Source of the DNA: Dehalococcoidia bacterium
GTDB taxonomy: Bacteria; Chloroflexota; Dehalococcoidia; UBA2979
Length of the DNA stretch: 64,000 nucleotides
Direction of reading: 5' to 3'
Assembly: GCA_029246995.1 (NCBI GenBank)
Contig: JAQWMB010000012.1
Location: forward strand, 28,653-92,652
The notes beneath the pieces are model-generated. The model was not told the DNA's origin. It saw only the letters and a program-made list of their open reading frames with translations, and searched no databases. The position numbers and the translations under genes are program-made. Shown piece by piece: positions 36,752 to 47,062 of the stretch. Every line of letters begins with the position of its first letter. Position 1 is the stretch's first letter.

Positions 36752-37315
36752 TTAGGTCACTTTTAAAGGAATATTATCATTGCAAAGCGGACATTCATTT
36801 GCTTCATAGTTTTGCAATGTAATTTTTACTAATGATTTTGATGGTAGATTAAAGTCAATTGGCTGCATTGATCTATCAGCAATAATTGCTACGCCCACTA
36901 CAGTTCCATTTGCATTTTTTACTGCATCAATTGTTTCAAAAATTGACTGTCCACTTGTAAGGATATCATCCACAACAAGTACTTTTTCATTAGGTTGAAT
37001 TAAGTAGTCTCTACCTATAGCTCGACCATTTTCTACTTTTTCAGCAATAATGCTTCGAACGCGATAGTTGCGTGCTACTTCATATGCAATGATAGCACCA
37101 CCAGTTGTTGGCCCAACAATTAAATCAGGCTGTAAATCCTTAGTCAGCTCATAGATATCTTTACAAATTAACTCTGTAAGATCTGGCCATTGCAATAAAT
37201 TAAATTTCTCTAAATATGTATCGGAATGGACACCTGAATTGAGTTTAAAATGCCCACTTTGAATGACTTTAGCATCAATTAGCAATGATCTAATTTCTTC
37301 TTGATTCTTTACCAT
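36752..37315 (-). CDS. pyrE: Orotate phosphoribosyltransferase
   Basis: GHF.L.SG.HS..Y, GP..GG, VLVVDDILTSG. Confidence 0.93.
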   Translation of the reverse strand: MVKNQEEIRSLLIDAKVIQSGHFKLNSGVHSDTYLEKFNLLQWPDLTELICKDIYELTKDLQPDLIVGPTTGGAIIAYEVARNYRVRSIIAEKVENGRAIGRDYLIQPNEKVLVVDDILTSGQSIFETIDAVKNANGTVVGVAIIADRSMQPIDFNLPSKSLVKITLQNYEANECPLCNDNIPLKVT

Positions 37316-37319
37316 AATT

Positions 37320-38162
37320 TTATTTTCCTAAATTATATTTTATACCATGTTCTAAGTTATTTATTCTATCTCGCGGCCAGTAAATTAATTGTGTCTTTCC
37401 TATAATGTCATGCATCTCTATGAACCCTAAGTATCTTGAGTCATTAGAAGCATATTTATTATCACCTAGGACAAATACTTTTCCTTCCGGTACAATTATT
37501 TTTTCTAAATATAATTTAGGCATTCTTAGGAGGGAAGGTGCTTGTGCGTCAAATTCTTGAATTGGAGTGCCATCTACAGTAATTATGCCATCTTGCATTT
37601 GTACAATTTGTCCTGGCATAGCTGCAATACGTTTTACTAAGTTTCTTTTGTATTCTCCACCCTGAGCGAATACAATAATATCTCCAATTTTAAGAGTATT
37701 TCTAATCTCCAAACTTTCTCTATCAAGAAATGGTATCCATGTAGTATTGATTGATTTGTATGTTAATTTATTCACAATCAGATAATCATTATTATAAAAT
37801 GTAGGCTCCATGGAAATACCACTTACAACATAGTTTTGAAATGCTTGTCTACTAAAGATAAATACTATGAATGCAATTATAAATATCTTAGAAATTTCTT
37901 TAATTGCAGATTGAATATTTTGCAGACTACTTGATTCTGCATCTAAAGCGATAGGTTGTGCTTCGGATACTAAAGTATATTCATAAATAACATCAGCAAT
38001 TTTTTGATTCAGCATAATTTTTCTATAAATATATTTTGAATTATCTGGAACCTCTAATGTACTATCAGGAAAATGACGTAGCCCAAGGTTTTTTGAGTCA
38101 ATATTTTTTGTATATCGCTCATCTGGTAATACGACTTGTTTATGAAAATTGATATGATGCAT
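37320..38162 (-). CDS. lepB: Signal peptidase I
   Basis: SGISMEPT, GDIIVF, LVKRI, FVLGDN..ASNDSR..G. Confidence 0.93.
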   Translation of the reverse strand: MHHINFHKQVVLPDERYTKNIDSKNLGLRHFPDSTLEVPDNSKYIYRKIMLNQKIADVIYEYTLVSEAQPIALDAESSSLQNIQSAIKEISKIFIIAFIVFIFSRQAFQNYVVSGISMEPTFYNNDYLIVNKLTYKSINTTWIPFLDRESLEIRNTLKIGDIIVFAQGGEYKRNLVKRIAAMPGQIVQMQDGIITVDGTPIQEFDAQAPSLLRMPKLYLEKIIVPEGKVFVLGDNKYASNDSRYLGFIEMHDIIGKTQLIYWPRDRINNLEHGIKYNLGK

Positions 38163-38178
38163 GCTTTGCCTTATTAAT

Positions 38179-39033
38179 TTAGTAACTAGTATACTGATTT
38201 TTGGAATTTAAGTCATTGCAAATTAGCTGTACGTATCTTGTCAATTCTTTTTTATTATTGCCTAAAGAAAAGTTTTCTGAATTATGATTCTTATAAAAAA
38301 TATTGTGGATAGCTGTTCCGAAGTTAATTTTTTTTACCCCATGTTGATTTAATTTAGAGAATGATTTTTTGTTAATTCCAGAACCACCATGAATCACTAA
38401 TGGCTTATTAACATTAATTTGTATTTTATTAAGTAAGTTATAATTAATTTTTCCAGCAATGCCATGCCTTGCACCAATGGCAATCGCTAGTGAGTCTACT
38501 TGTGTTTTTTCTACAAAATAGCTTGCTTCATCAGGATCGGTATACAAACTTTCTGTAAATGTTGCATCACCAATTAGTTCGGATTGCCCACCTATAACGC
38601 CGAGTTCTCCTTCAAGACCATTAGCACTTACATTAATGGTATTAATGATTACTTTGATTTTATTTATGTTTTCTTCTAGTGGAAGAGTTGAATAATCTAA
38701 CATGAATGATGAATAATGGTTACTCTTAGCTTCTTGGACTTCTTCTAAGGTATTTGCATGATCTAGGTGAAGTGCAACTGGAATGGGGTGTTTTTGTACT
38801 AGATCATTAATTGCCTTACCTGCTTTTTTGATGGTTAAAAAAGATTGAATGTTCTTTTGGTTTGTTTGTAAAAAAATTGGTGATTTAGCTAGTTTTGACC
38901 CGTCGAGTATTGCTTGAGCCATATCTACAGATGATACATTAAAGGCAGGTAAAATATAATTATTATGTGATGCATGATTGAGCAGTGAGATGCCAGATAC
39001 TCTTACCACTATTGCATCCTTCCTTGGTAGCAA
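38179..39033 (-). CDS. fba: Class II fructose-bisphosphate aldolase family
   Basis: PAFNV, VALHLDH, EGELG.IGG, YTDP, LAIAIG..HG, LVIHGGSG, KINFGT. Confidence 0.88.
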   Translation of the reverse strand: MLPRKDAIVVRVSGISLLNHASHNNYILPAFNVSSVDMAQAILDGSKLAKSPIFLQTNQKNIQSFLTIKKAGKAINDLVQKHPIPVALHLDHANTLEEVQEAKSNHYSSFMLDYSTLPLEENINKIKVIINTINVSANGLEGELGVIGGQSELIGDATFTESLYTDPDEASYFVEKTQVDSLAIAIGARHGIAGKINYNLLNKIQINVNKPLVIHGGSGINKKSFSKLNQHGVKKINFGTAIHNIFYKNHNSENFSLGNNKKELTRYVQLICNDLNSKNQYTSY

Positions 39034-39077
39034 TAAAAATTGTATAATTATTTACACATAAAAAGTTAGGAAGTTTC

Positions 39078-39890
39078 TTGAATATTTTGAATTATCGCTC
39101 TTTTGTGCTTGTTATGGTCATAGCTATTTTCTTTGGCAATTTAGTTCTTATACTTGATAGTAGGAATGGTCAAGATTCTATAATGCAAGATGCTGATAAT
39201 CAAATGAAAAATTCCTCTTCTCGTACTGCATCGAATAACACGATTATTGAAGCTACTAAACGGTCAATTCAGGTCACCGGATTGGGCAGTGTAAGCCTTG
39301 AACCCGATATAGCAACTTTTTCAATCAATGTTCTCACACAAAGAGAGAGTGCCTCCATAGCAAGAGAAGATTCTGCCCGTAAACTTAATCAAATATTTGC
39401 ATCACTCAAACGTTTTGGTATTGATCAAAAAGATATCAGAACAACGAATTATTCTCTCTATCCTGAATATGTGTATGAGAAAAATAAAATGAGAAGAATT
39501 GAAGCATTTAATGTGTCTAATAATTTAAATGTGAAAGTTCGACAACTAGAACAAGTTGGCTCCATTATTGATGGGATAATCAAATTGGATTCTGGCGATA
39601 TACGAATTAACAATATAGCTTTTGATATTGATGATTCAGGTTCTTATGAAGATCAAGCCAGGGAGTCTGCAATCAAGAATGCAATTGCGAAAGCATCAAA
39701 AATTGCAAAAAGTGCCAATGTGCAACTTGGTACTCCTTCAATTATCATAGATATAGAACCATTTTCTAATGGTAATCCTATTGGTGTGCAGCGTTCGATG
39801 ATGGCAGAGATGGAATCTACTCCTACAACTATTGCAACTGGACAAATTGTTATTGAATCAAAAGTACAAGTTACTTTTGCAATCAAATAA
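39078..39890 (+). CDS. SIMPL domain (DUF541) protein
   Basis: I.VTG.G.V...PD.A, GI..KDI.T, ARE.AI.NA..KA..IA, V.VTF. Confidence 0.9.
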   Translation: MNILNYRSFVLVMVIAIFFGNLVLILDSRNGQDSIMQDADNQMKNSSSRTASNNTIIEATKRSIQVTGLGSVSLEPDIATFSINVLTQRESASIAREDSARKLNQIFASLKRFGIDQKDIRTTNYSLYPEYVYEKNKMRRIEAFNVSNNLNVKVRQLEQVGSIIDGIIKLDSGDIRINNIAFDIDDSGSYEDQARESAIKNAIAKASKIAKSANVQLGTPSIIIDIEPFSNGNPIGVQRSMMAEMESTPTTIATGQIVIESKVQVTFAIK

Positions 39891-39979
39891 ATTTATTGTG
39901 TTTGAATCCTTATGATTATAATTATGCTGTGCTAAAATTGTGCTACTATTTAACATGATTAATTTTGATTGGAAATAAA

Positions 39980-40543
39980 GTGGTACTTAGTGATAGATCT
40001 ATTAAAGAAGCTTTAGATTCGGGTAGAATAATTGTTAGCCCTATAGGAGAAAATGCGATCCAACCAGCATCATTGGATATTAGATTGGATCGAGAATTTA
40101 GAGTTTTCAGAAATCATCGTGATTCTTTTATTGATATTCGTTCTCCGATGGAATCACTTACTGAAATAGAAACCATTGATGACGATCAAGCATTTGTGCT
40201 ACACCCCAATGAATTTGTTTTAGGTTCTACTATTGAACTTGTGGAGCTTCCTAACGATATCGTTGCTCGTGTTGAAGGAAAGTCATCTTTAGGTAGGCTA
40301 GGCTTATTAGTTCATGCCACTGCTGGTTATGTAGATCCTGGTTGGCAAGGAAAGCTCACGATGGAACTATCTAACGTTTCTAATTTACCAATTAAGTTAT
40401 ATTACAATATGAAAATTGGCCAACTTTCGTTCTTTGAATTATCAACACCTTCAGATAATCCATATGGGTCTGGTGCTATTAAATCAAAATATCAAAATCA
40501 GGAAGGTCCTACAGCAAGTAAGGGTTATTCAGACTATGAATAA
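39980..40543 (+). CDS. dcd: dCTP deaminase
   Basis: VLSDR, IQPASLDIRL, EGKSSLGRLGL.VHATAGYVDPGW.G.LTMEL; GTG at 39980 preferred. Confidence 0.95.
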   Translation: MVLSDRSIKEALDSGRIIVSPIGENAIQPASLDIRLDREFRVFRNHRDSFIDIRSPMESLTEIETIDDDQAFVLHPNEFVLGSTIELVELPNDIVARVEGKSSLGRLGLLVHATAGYVDPGWQGKLTMELSNVSNLPIKLYYNMKIGQLSFFELSTPSDNPYGSGAIKSKYQNQEGPTASKGYSDYE

Positions 40544-40560
40544 AATGCATTAAAAAAATC

Positions 40561-41673
40561 ATGAGCCACGAATCAATTTCTCATTTTATGTCAGAAGCAA
40601 TGAAGTTAGCAGAACAATCTATACCTTTTTCTTCACCTAATCCAGCTGTTGGGGCAGTCATTGTAAAAAATGGAAAAATAATTGGGAAGGGTAAAACGAG
40701 TCCTTTTGGAGGGCGACATGCTGAAGCGAACGCAATTAGAAGTGTCCATGATAAAAATTATTTAAAAGGAGCAACGCTTTATTGTACGCTGGAGCCATGT
40801 TCACATTCTGGTAAGACTCCACCATGTACTACGGCTATTATTGAATCAAAATTTAAAAATGTCATAATTGCTTTGAAAGACCCAGATAGTCAGGTTAATG
40901 GAAAAGGAATTAAGCAACTGAGAAAAGCGAATATCCAAGTTATAATTGGAGATGGAAGCAATGAGGTGAACAATCAATTAATGTCATATATATACCATCG
41001 TAAAACTGGTTTGCCATTTTTTTCTGCTAAGTTGGCATCTACGTTAGATGGTAAAATAGCAACGATGAAAAATGATTCAAAATGGATTTCAAATAATGCT
41101 AGTAGAAATAGAGTGCATAAATTTAGAAGCAAAGTCGATGCAATTTTAGTTGGTTCAAAGACAGTCATTATTGACAATCCTTTTTTAACTGCGAGGCGTA
41201 ATGGTAAGTTGCTTAAAAATCAACCATTAAGAATTGTTATTGATTCTAAGGGTCAACTATCAACGAACTATAATATATTTAATAATGATGCAGAAACTTT
41301 AGTTGTTACAACTGATGCTTCCTCAAAAAAATGGCGGAAACAAATAGAAAAAGCAGGCCATAGTTTCATTATTATTGACGACAAATTAAAACAGGTAGAT
41401 TTATTAAAATTTGCGCAATCAATGAGTGAATTAGGCATTATGCATATTCATGTCGAGGGTGGTGGGCAATTAATTGGAGCACTGATGCATCACCAACTTA
41501 TAATTAAATTATATTTATTTATCGCACCAAAAATTATTGGTAATCAGAAAGCTATTAACATGATTGATGGTTTAAATATAGAAAAGGTTTCTGAGGCATT
41601 AAAGTTAATTAATACTTCCTATGAATTCATTAAGCAGGATATACTTATTGCTGGAGAAGTTGACTATAAATAG
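40561..41673 (+). CDS. ribD: Bifunctional deaminase/reductase RibD
   Basis: PNP.VGAVIV, HAE, TLEPCSH.GKTPPC, TLDGKIA, VEGGG. Confidence 0.96.
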   Translation: MSHESISHFMSEAMKLAEQSIPFSSPNPAVGAVIVKNGKIIGKGKTSPFGGRHAEANAIRSVHDKNYLKGATLYCTLEPCSHSGKTPPCTTAIIESKFKNVIIALKDPDSQVNGKGIKQLRKANIQVIIGDGSNEVNNQLMSYIYHRKTGLPFFSAKLASTLDGKIATMKNDSKWISNNASRNRVHKFRSKVDAILVGSKTVIIDNPFLTARRNGKLLKNQPLRIVIDSKGQLSTNYNIFNNDAETLVVTTDASSKKWRKQIEKAGHSFIIIDDKLKQVDLLKFAQSMSELGIMHIHVEGGGQLIGALMHHQLIIKLYLFIAPKIIGNQKAINMIDGLNIEKVSEALKLINTSYEFIKQDILIAGEVDYK

Positions 41674-41688
41674 TTTTAAGGAAATTCT

Positions 41689-42267
41689 TTGTTTACTGGA
41701 ATTATTGAAGAAATCGGTTTGGTAACTAAAAATCAATCTGGCGAGCTAAAGGTTTCTTGCATGAAATTATTAAGCGATGCGCAATATGGTGATTCCATTG
41801 CAGTAAATGGTGTTGATTTAACGATAAGTGGAATTTATGATAATGAGCTAGGTTTCAATGTAATGCCTGAGACATTTAGGAAGTCTAATTTATTAGATGC
41901 TATTAAGGGAACTAAAGTCAATTTGGAACGTTCTTTAACATTACAAACTAAATTATCCGGTCATATTGTTCGCGGTGTTGTGGAGACAACCTGTCAGTTG
42001 ATTTCTTTAGAAGATGAAAATAATGCCATCATAGCTACATATGAAGTTGACCCAATATTTTTGAAGTATATTTTGATTAAAGGGCCCGTAACTTTGGATG
42101 GAGCCTCTTTAACTATAATTTCTAAAAATGAAAATTCCTTTGCAGTTTCTTTAGTTGAGTGGACGCAACAAAATACAAATTTAATTGAATCAAAAATTGG
42201 CAAACTAGTTAACTTAGAAACAGATATCTTTGCTCGTTATATTGATCAACTAATTGATCGTGAATAA
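41689..42267 (+). CDS. ribE: Riboflavin synthase
   Basis: MFTGIIEE, GDSIAVNGV.LT, VNLER, GHIV.G, VNLETD. Confidence 0.95.
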   Translation: MFTGIIEEIGLVTKNQSGELKVSCMKLLSDAQYGDSIAVNGVDLTISGIYDNELGFNVMPETFRKSNLLDAIKGTKVNLERSLTLQTKLSGHIVRGVVETTCQLISLEDENNAIIATYEVDPIFLKYILIKGPVTLDGASLTIISKNENSFAVSLVEWTQQNTNLIESKIGKLVNLETDIFARYIDQLIDRE

Positions 42268-42297
42268 TTTACTAGTATCATCATAGAAGGAGTTAAA

Positions 42298-43530
42298 ATG
42301 GAAAAATCAAAAAAATCTCTACATGTCGATGCTGAACAAGCAATTTTAATGTTTAAAGAAGGAAGTCCTTTAATTATCGTCGATGATGAGGATCGTGAAA
42401 ATGAAGGGGATGTAGCAATTCCTGCACAGTTTTGTACATCTGGGATGGTCAACTTTATGGCAAAAGAGGCCAGAGGCCTTATATGTACGCCATTAGATAC
42501 ACCTATAGCGGAAAAATTAAATTTAAATTTAATGACAGGTTCAGAAGGAGATACAATAGAAAGTACTGCTTTTACAGTAACAGTTGAAGCGGCAAATGGT
42601 ATAACCACAGGAATATCTGCTCAAGATAGAGCAAAAACAATTAGTGTTCTAGCAGATAAAAATAGCACTTCAAGAGATCTTGTTAAGCCAGGACATGTTT
42701 TTCCTCTTAAAGCACGAGAGGGAGGAGTTTTAGTTCGAGCAGGACAAACTGAAGCATCAGTAGATTTATGTAAAATGGCCGGTCTTTATCCAGTTGCAGT
42801 GATTTGTGAAATTATGAAAGATGATGGTGAAATGGCTCGCATGGGTGATCTTGAAGAGTTTGCACAGAAACACAAAATGAAAATAGTAACCGTGGAAGCA
42901 CTTATTAGTTATAGAATGTCTGAAGAAAGATTAATCACCAGAGTTACTGAAACCGCATTACCTACTGTTTATGGTGAATTTAAGGCTATAGCCTATCATA
43001 CAAAAATTGATAGCAAAGAACATGTTGCATTAGTCATGGGTGACGTAACTAAAGACGACGCATGTTTAGTCAGAGTACATGATCAGTGTTTAACTGGTGA
43101 TGTTTTTGGTTCTAAAAGATGTGATTGTGGCGAACAATTAGATGCTGCGATGAAAATAGTTGCTCAAAATGGTAACGGTGTTATTGTATATATGGATCAA
43201 GAGGGAAGAGGTATTGGTTTACACAACAAATTAAAGGCTTACAGTTTGCAAGATCAAGGATTGGATACTGTTGAAGCAAATGAAGCATTAGGTTTTTCTG
43301 CAGATAAAAGAGATTATGGAATAGGTTGCCAAATACTGGTTGATTTAGGTATTAAAAAATTACGATTAATTACTAATAATCCAATGAAAAGGTCAGGATT
43401 AGAGGGTTTTGGGTTGCGAGTTGTTGATAGAGTTCCAATTGAAGTTGAGCCAAATAAACATAATTTAAAATATCTTACAACCAAACGGGATAAAATGGGT
43501 CATTTGCTAAATTTGGATGAGGGCGCATGA
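42298..43530 (+). CDS. ribBA: DHBP synthase / GTP cyclohydrolase II
   Basis: DDEDRENEGD, PGHVFPL, RAGQTEA, VRVHDQCLTGDVFGSKRCDCG, QEGRGIGL. Confidence 0.97.
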   Translation: MEKSKKSLHVDAEQAILMFKEGSPLIIVDDEDRENEGDVAIPAQFCTSGMVNFMAKEARGLICTPLDTPIAEKLNLNLMTGSEGDTIESTAFTVTVEAANGITTGISAQDRAKTISVLADKNSTSRDLVKPGHVFPLKAREGGVLVRAGQTEASVDLCKMAGLYPVAVICEIMKDDGEMARMGDLEEFAQKHKMKIVTVEALISYRMSEERLITRVTETALPTVYGEFKAIAYHTKIDSKEHVALVMGDVTKDDACLVRVHDQCLTGDVFGSKRCDCGEQLDAAMKIVAQNGNGVIVYMDQEGRGIGLHNKLKAYSLQDQGLDTVEANEALGFSADKRDYGIGCQILVDLGIKKLRLITNNPMKRSGLEGFGLRVVDRVPIEVEPNKHNLKYLTTKRDKMGHLLNLDEGA

Positions 43531-43964
43531 GTAATACCAATGAGCATTTCGAAGATAATATCGCTGTAGTAATTTCAGAATTTAATAAAGATATTTCTAC
43601 GAAATTATTAGATATTTTTTTGACTCATGCTAATACTGTAAATTTTCCACAAAAAAACATAGAAATTCATCATGTTCCTGGTGCTTTTGAAATACCACTA
43701 ATTGCAAAACAATTGGCTATGATGGACAATATTGATGCAATAGTTTGTCTTGGATCTGTAATTAGAGGTGAGACAATCCACTTTGAATTAATTGCTCATC
43801 AACTTGCTCAAGGAATTCGAGAGATATCTCAAGAACATCTTACACCTATAATTTTTGGGGTTTTAACTGTCGAAAATTTAGAACAAGCTCATGCAAGATT
43901 ACATAAAGCATCAGAATTTCTTGATACAGCCTTAAGCATGATTGCTCGTAATCGTTCATTTTAA
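43527..43964 (+). CDS. ribH: 6,7-dimethyl-8-ribityllumazine synthase
   Basis: SEFN, VPGAFEIP, LGSVIRGETIHFE, PIIFGVLT..N.EQA..R. Confidence 0.94.
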   Translation: MSNTNEHFEDNIAVVISEFNKDISTKLLDIFLTHANTVNFPQKNIEIHHVPGAFEIPLIAKQLAMMDNIDAIVCLGSVIRGETIHFELIAHQLAQGIREISQEHLTPIIFGVLTVENLEQAHARLHKASEFLDTALSMIARNRSF

Positions 43965-43979
43965 GTCTTGGAGCTTGCA

Positions 43980-44270
43980 ATGAGTATTTGGTATAAAAAA
44001 AGTGATCCTTCTGGAGGTGAAGGGATTGATCCAAGCTCAATATCATCAATAAAAGTTGCTTATAAACTAATTAAGAAATTTCCCAATCTTCAGAAGAAAC
44101 ATAAAGTTGTAGCAGGCGGAATGGCAATTTCATCTGCTTTAATTATTCTAGCTAGTATTGCAATAGTAAAGCGTTTACAAAAAGGCCAATCTTTAAAAAA
44201 AGCACTTAATGAGATTTCTGAAGAAGAAATAGAAGCTATTCACATTAATAAAAAGCAAAAAAAACAATAA
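43980..44270 (+). CDS. Hypothetical small membrane protein
   Basis: One hydrophobic helix; ATG at 43980 after GGAG preferred. Confidence 0.6.
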   Translation: MSIWYKKSDPSGGEGIDPSSISSIKVAYKLIKKFPNLQKKHKVVAGGMAISSALIILASIAIVKRLQKGQSLKKALNEISEEEIEAIHINKKQKKQ

Positions 44271-44277
44271 TTGACAT

Positions 44278-44312
44278 AAAATTTCTAAAATTATTTTATT
44301 TTTAGAAATTTT
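44278..44312. terminator. 13-bp AT-rich inverted repeat (terminator or operator) after the rib operon
   Basis: AAAATTTCTAAAA-9nt-TTTTAGAAATTTT. Confidence 0.45.
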
Positions 44313-44321
44313 CCTTTCAAG

Positions 44322-44350
44322 TTGCCCGATAAGATTTGAACCCGTATACT
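44322..44350 (+). promoter_or_regulatory. Sigma70-type promoter of dnaN
   Basis: TTGCCC-17 nt-TATACT. Confidence 0.6.
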
Positions 44351-44406
44351 TTTGGTGCTAATGTGTTAACTCACTTTAGCAAATAAGTTGTTCATTTGAG
44401 GATATT

Positions 44407-45540
44407 ATGAAGTTTACTTGCGAGCAAGATAAATTACAAAAGGCACTTAGCGCTGTATCAAGGGCAATACCAAATCGTTCTTCTTTACCTATTACTAATC
44501 ATATACTTCTAGAATCTACTACAGACGCAATTGTTATTTCTGCTACAGACGCAGAAACTCTAGCCATCACATATACTGTTCCTGCAAATGTTGGCGAACA
44601 AGGTTCATTAGCATTACCGTCTAGGTTATTAACTGATTTTGTGACTTCTCTACCACCAGATATGATTGATTTTGGTCAAGAAGATGAATCATATAGAGCG
44701 CAATTAAAATGTGCAAAGAACAAGTCATCGATAGAGGGCCTTGATCCTGGTGAATTCCCACCGATTCCCAAAAATTCTGGATCTACTGAGTATAAATTAT
44801 CAGCTAAGGTATTTAAAAGTGCACTTGATAAGGTGGTTTTTTCTGCTGCTAGTGATGATTCTAGACCAATTTTAACGGGGGTTCAATTTGCGATTGCAGA
44901 TGGCCAAATCATCCTAGCTGCAGCTGATGGTTTTCGGTTATCAGTATGTAAAATTAATATTGATACAAAAGATAACGTGCCGTCATTTGTTGTGCCATCA
45001 AGGGCATTAGGTGAATTATCTAGACTACTAAACGAATTGGGAGATACTAATTTTAGTATGACTTTAAATGAGCAAAATACACAAGTTGAATTTGATCTTG
45101 GCTATTCAAGAATGGTTGCTCAGTTATTACAGGGCACGTTCCCTAATTATGATCAATTAATTCCTGATGAGTGGAAAACAAAAATTTCTATTTCTTCTAA
45201 AGAACTTATACGTGAAACAAAAATTGCATCGATTTTTGCCAGAGATGGCAGTGGGATTATTCGATTGAGTGCAAAATCTGCGCCAGATAAATCAGGCAAG
45301 TTAGTTATTACTGCGAAGGCCGATGAGCTAGGTACTAATGAGGGAGAAATCGATGCTACTATTGAAGGTGATGACTTACAAATTGCATTTAACAGTAGAT
45401 ATTTGATGGATATTTTACAAATTTTAGAAAATGAGGGTTTAATTATTGAGGGTTCTTCTTCTCAGAGCCCAGGTGTCATTAAATCATCTTCAGATGATAA
45501 TTTTATACATGTTGTAATGCCAATGTTTGTGCAGTGGTAA
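44407..45540 (+). CDS. dnaN: DNA polymerase III beta clamp
   Basis: SATD, EFP, DDSRPILTGV, ADGFRLS, GTFPNY..LIP, IAFNSRYL, VVMPM. Confidence 0.97.
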   Translation: MKFTCEQDKLQKALSAVSRAIPNRSSLPITNHILLESTTDAIVISATDAETLAITYTVPANVGEQGSLALPSRLLTDFVTSLPPDMIDFGQEDESYRAQLKCAKNKSSIEGLDPGEFPPIPKNSGSTEYKLSAKVFKSALDKVVFSAASDDSRPILTGVQFAIADGQIILAAADGFRLSVCKINIDTKDNVPSFVVPSRALGELSRLLNELGDTNFSMTLNEQNTQVEFDLGYSRMVAQLLQGTFPNYDQLIPDEWKTKISISSKELIRETKIASIFARDGSGIIRLSAKSAPDKSGKLVITAKADELGTNEGEIDATIEGDDLQIAFNSRYLMDILQILENEGLIIEGSSSQSPGVIKSSSDDNFIHVVMPMFVQW

Positions 45541-45585
45541 TTTAAAAGGCGGGCTAATTTTTTTTTAATAAATTAAGTTGCTCTT

Positions 45586-47034
45586 ATGGATAGAAGAAAT
45601 TTTTTAAAATCAGCATCGCTTACAAGCTTTGGGTTATTCCTTGACCCTAATGGTATATTTAGGAAATCAACTAATATAAAATTGCAGGATTCTTTTCAAA
45701 CTTTAATAAAGCATGAAGGTCCGCATGATCGTCCATCTATTACTAATCAGAAGAACTTAATTTGGGTATGGCAATTTAGCGAAGATGGTACTAAGTATGC
45801 TATTAGAGATCATCTTGCTAAATATAATCTTGGAGTTGTAATGAAAACGCATGATGGCACTGACTGGATGTCAGAATTTGATCCATCTGTCGATGCTATT
45901 GATGGTCCAGAAAAAATCCATGAACTTGCACAATTTTTTGAATCTAGTGGCGTCCCTTTTCACACCTGGTCTGTTCCCAATGGTATTAATCCATTAAAAG
46001 AAGCAGAAATGACTATATTAGCATATGAAGCAGGGCCGCGAAGTATTTTTCTAGATGTTGAGCATACAATAGGATTTTGGAGAGGCACAAATCAGGCTGC
46101 ATATGTTTTTGGAGAGAAGCTTAGGAATTTTTCTAGCGACATGAGCATTACGACAAGTATTGATGGACGACCTTGGAATATCGATGCAATTCCTATTGAT
46201 GCTTTTGCAGAGTTTAGCGATGTATTAGCACCTCAACTTTATTGGGATACATTTAGTACTTGGGGAAATAGGTATCATTATAATGACCATGGCTATTTCG
46301 TTCCAAATAGTGGAATTTCGCCAAGTTTTATTATACAAAGTGTATTTAAAAAATTAGCTAAGTATAAAATTCCAATCCAACCTGTTGGAGAAGGAAGTGT
46401 CAGTAATACAGCTGAGTGGAGTGAATTTATTCAGTCTGCATTGGCATATAATTCGAAAACTGTTTCTGCATGGCGATACGGTACTACAAGTACACGTATT
46501 ATGCATCTCATGTCAGATAGTGATTCTTTGCCTAAATTTTATACAGTTTTGTCTGGAGATTCCCTATATGCCTTGAGTAGCAAATGGGGCGTTAGCACAA
46601 ACACTATTCTTAATTGGAACCCTGATTTGAATAATCCTGATGTTTTATCTATTGGTCAAATACTTCGGATTCCAGATGGGGACTATCCAATGCAAAGAGA
46701 AATTAACCACACTATTCAAAATGGAGAAAATCTTTCAATTATTGCAGATAATTGGGGCGTAGATATGCAAAATATTATTGACTATAATCAAATTTTAAAT
46801 CCTAATCAAATATATGTTGGTGATAGTATTAAAATTCCAATTAATGATTATAAAAGCAGAAATGTCTCTTCCGTTCGGGCAGTTATTTCTAATCAGACAC
46901 ATAAGGTGGTTCCTGGTGATAATCTTTGGGATTTATCACAACGATGGAATGTTTCTATTCAGAAGATAATAGATTATAATGGATTATCGAATTCTAATTT
47001 AATTAGAATAGGGACAATATTAAAAAAGCCATAG
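45586..47034 (+). CDS. Tat-exported protein with putative glycoside-hydrolase-like domain and three LysM domains
   Basis: MDRRNFLKS Tat motif; three LysM repeats (YTV.SGDSL, HTIQNGENL, HKVVPGDNL). Confidence 0.8.
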   Translation: MDRRNFLKSASLTSFGLFLDPNGIFRKSTNIKLQDSFQTLIKHEGPHDRPSITNQKNLIWVWQFSEDGTKYAIRDHLAKYNLGVVMKTHDGTDWMSEFDPSVDAIDGPEKIHELAQFFESSGVPFHTWSVPNGINPLKEAEMTILAYEAGPRSIFLDVEHTIGFWRGTNQAAYVFGEKLRNFSSDMSITTSIDGRPWNIDAIPIDAFAEFSDVLAPQLYWDTFSTWGNRYHYNDHGYFVPNSGISPSFIIQSVFKKLAKYKIPIQPVGEGSVSNTAEWSEFIQSALAYNSKTVSAWRYGTTSTRIMHLMSDSDSLPKFYTVLSGDSLYALSSKWGVSTNTILNWNPDLNNPDVLSIGQILRIPDGDYPMQREINHTIQNGENLSIIADNWGVDMQNIIDYNQILNPNQIYVGDSIKIPINDYKSRNVSSVRAVISNQTHKVVPGDNLWDLSQRWNVSIQKIIDYNGLSNSNLIRIGTILKKP

Positions 47035-47062
47035 ATTCATTTTTATTCAATAGGAGAAAATT

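Noticed and set aside
39891-40560. FMN riboswitch ahead of the rib operon
   Set aside because: ribD follows dcd by 17 bp, and the 5' region of dcd has no RFN consensus.
44271-44406. oriC next to dnaN
   Set aside because: Short intergenic region with no TTATCCACA-type DnaA boxes and no dnaA adjacent.
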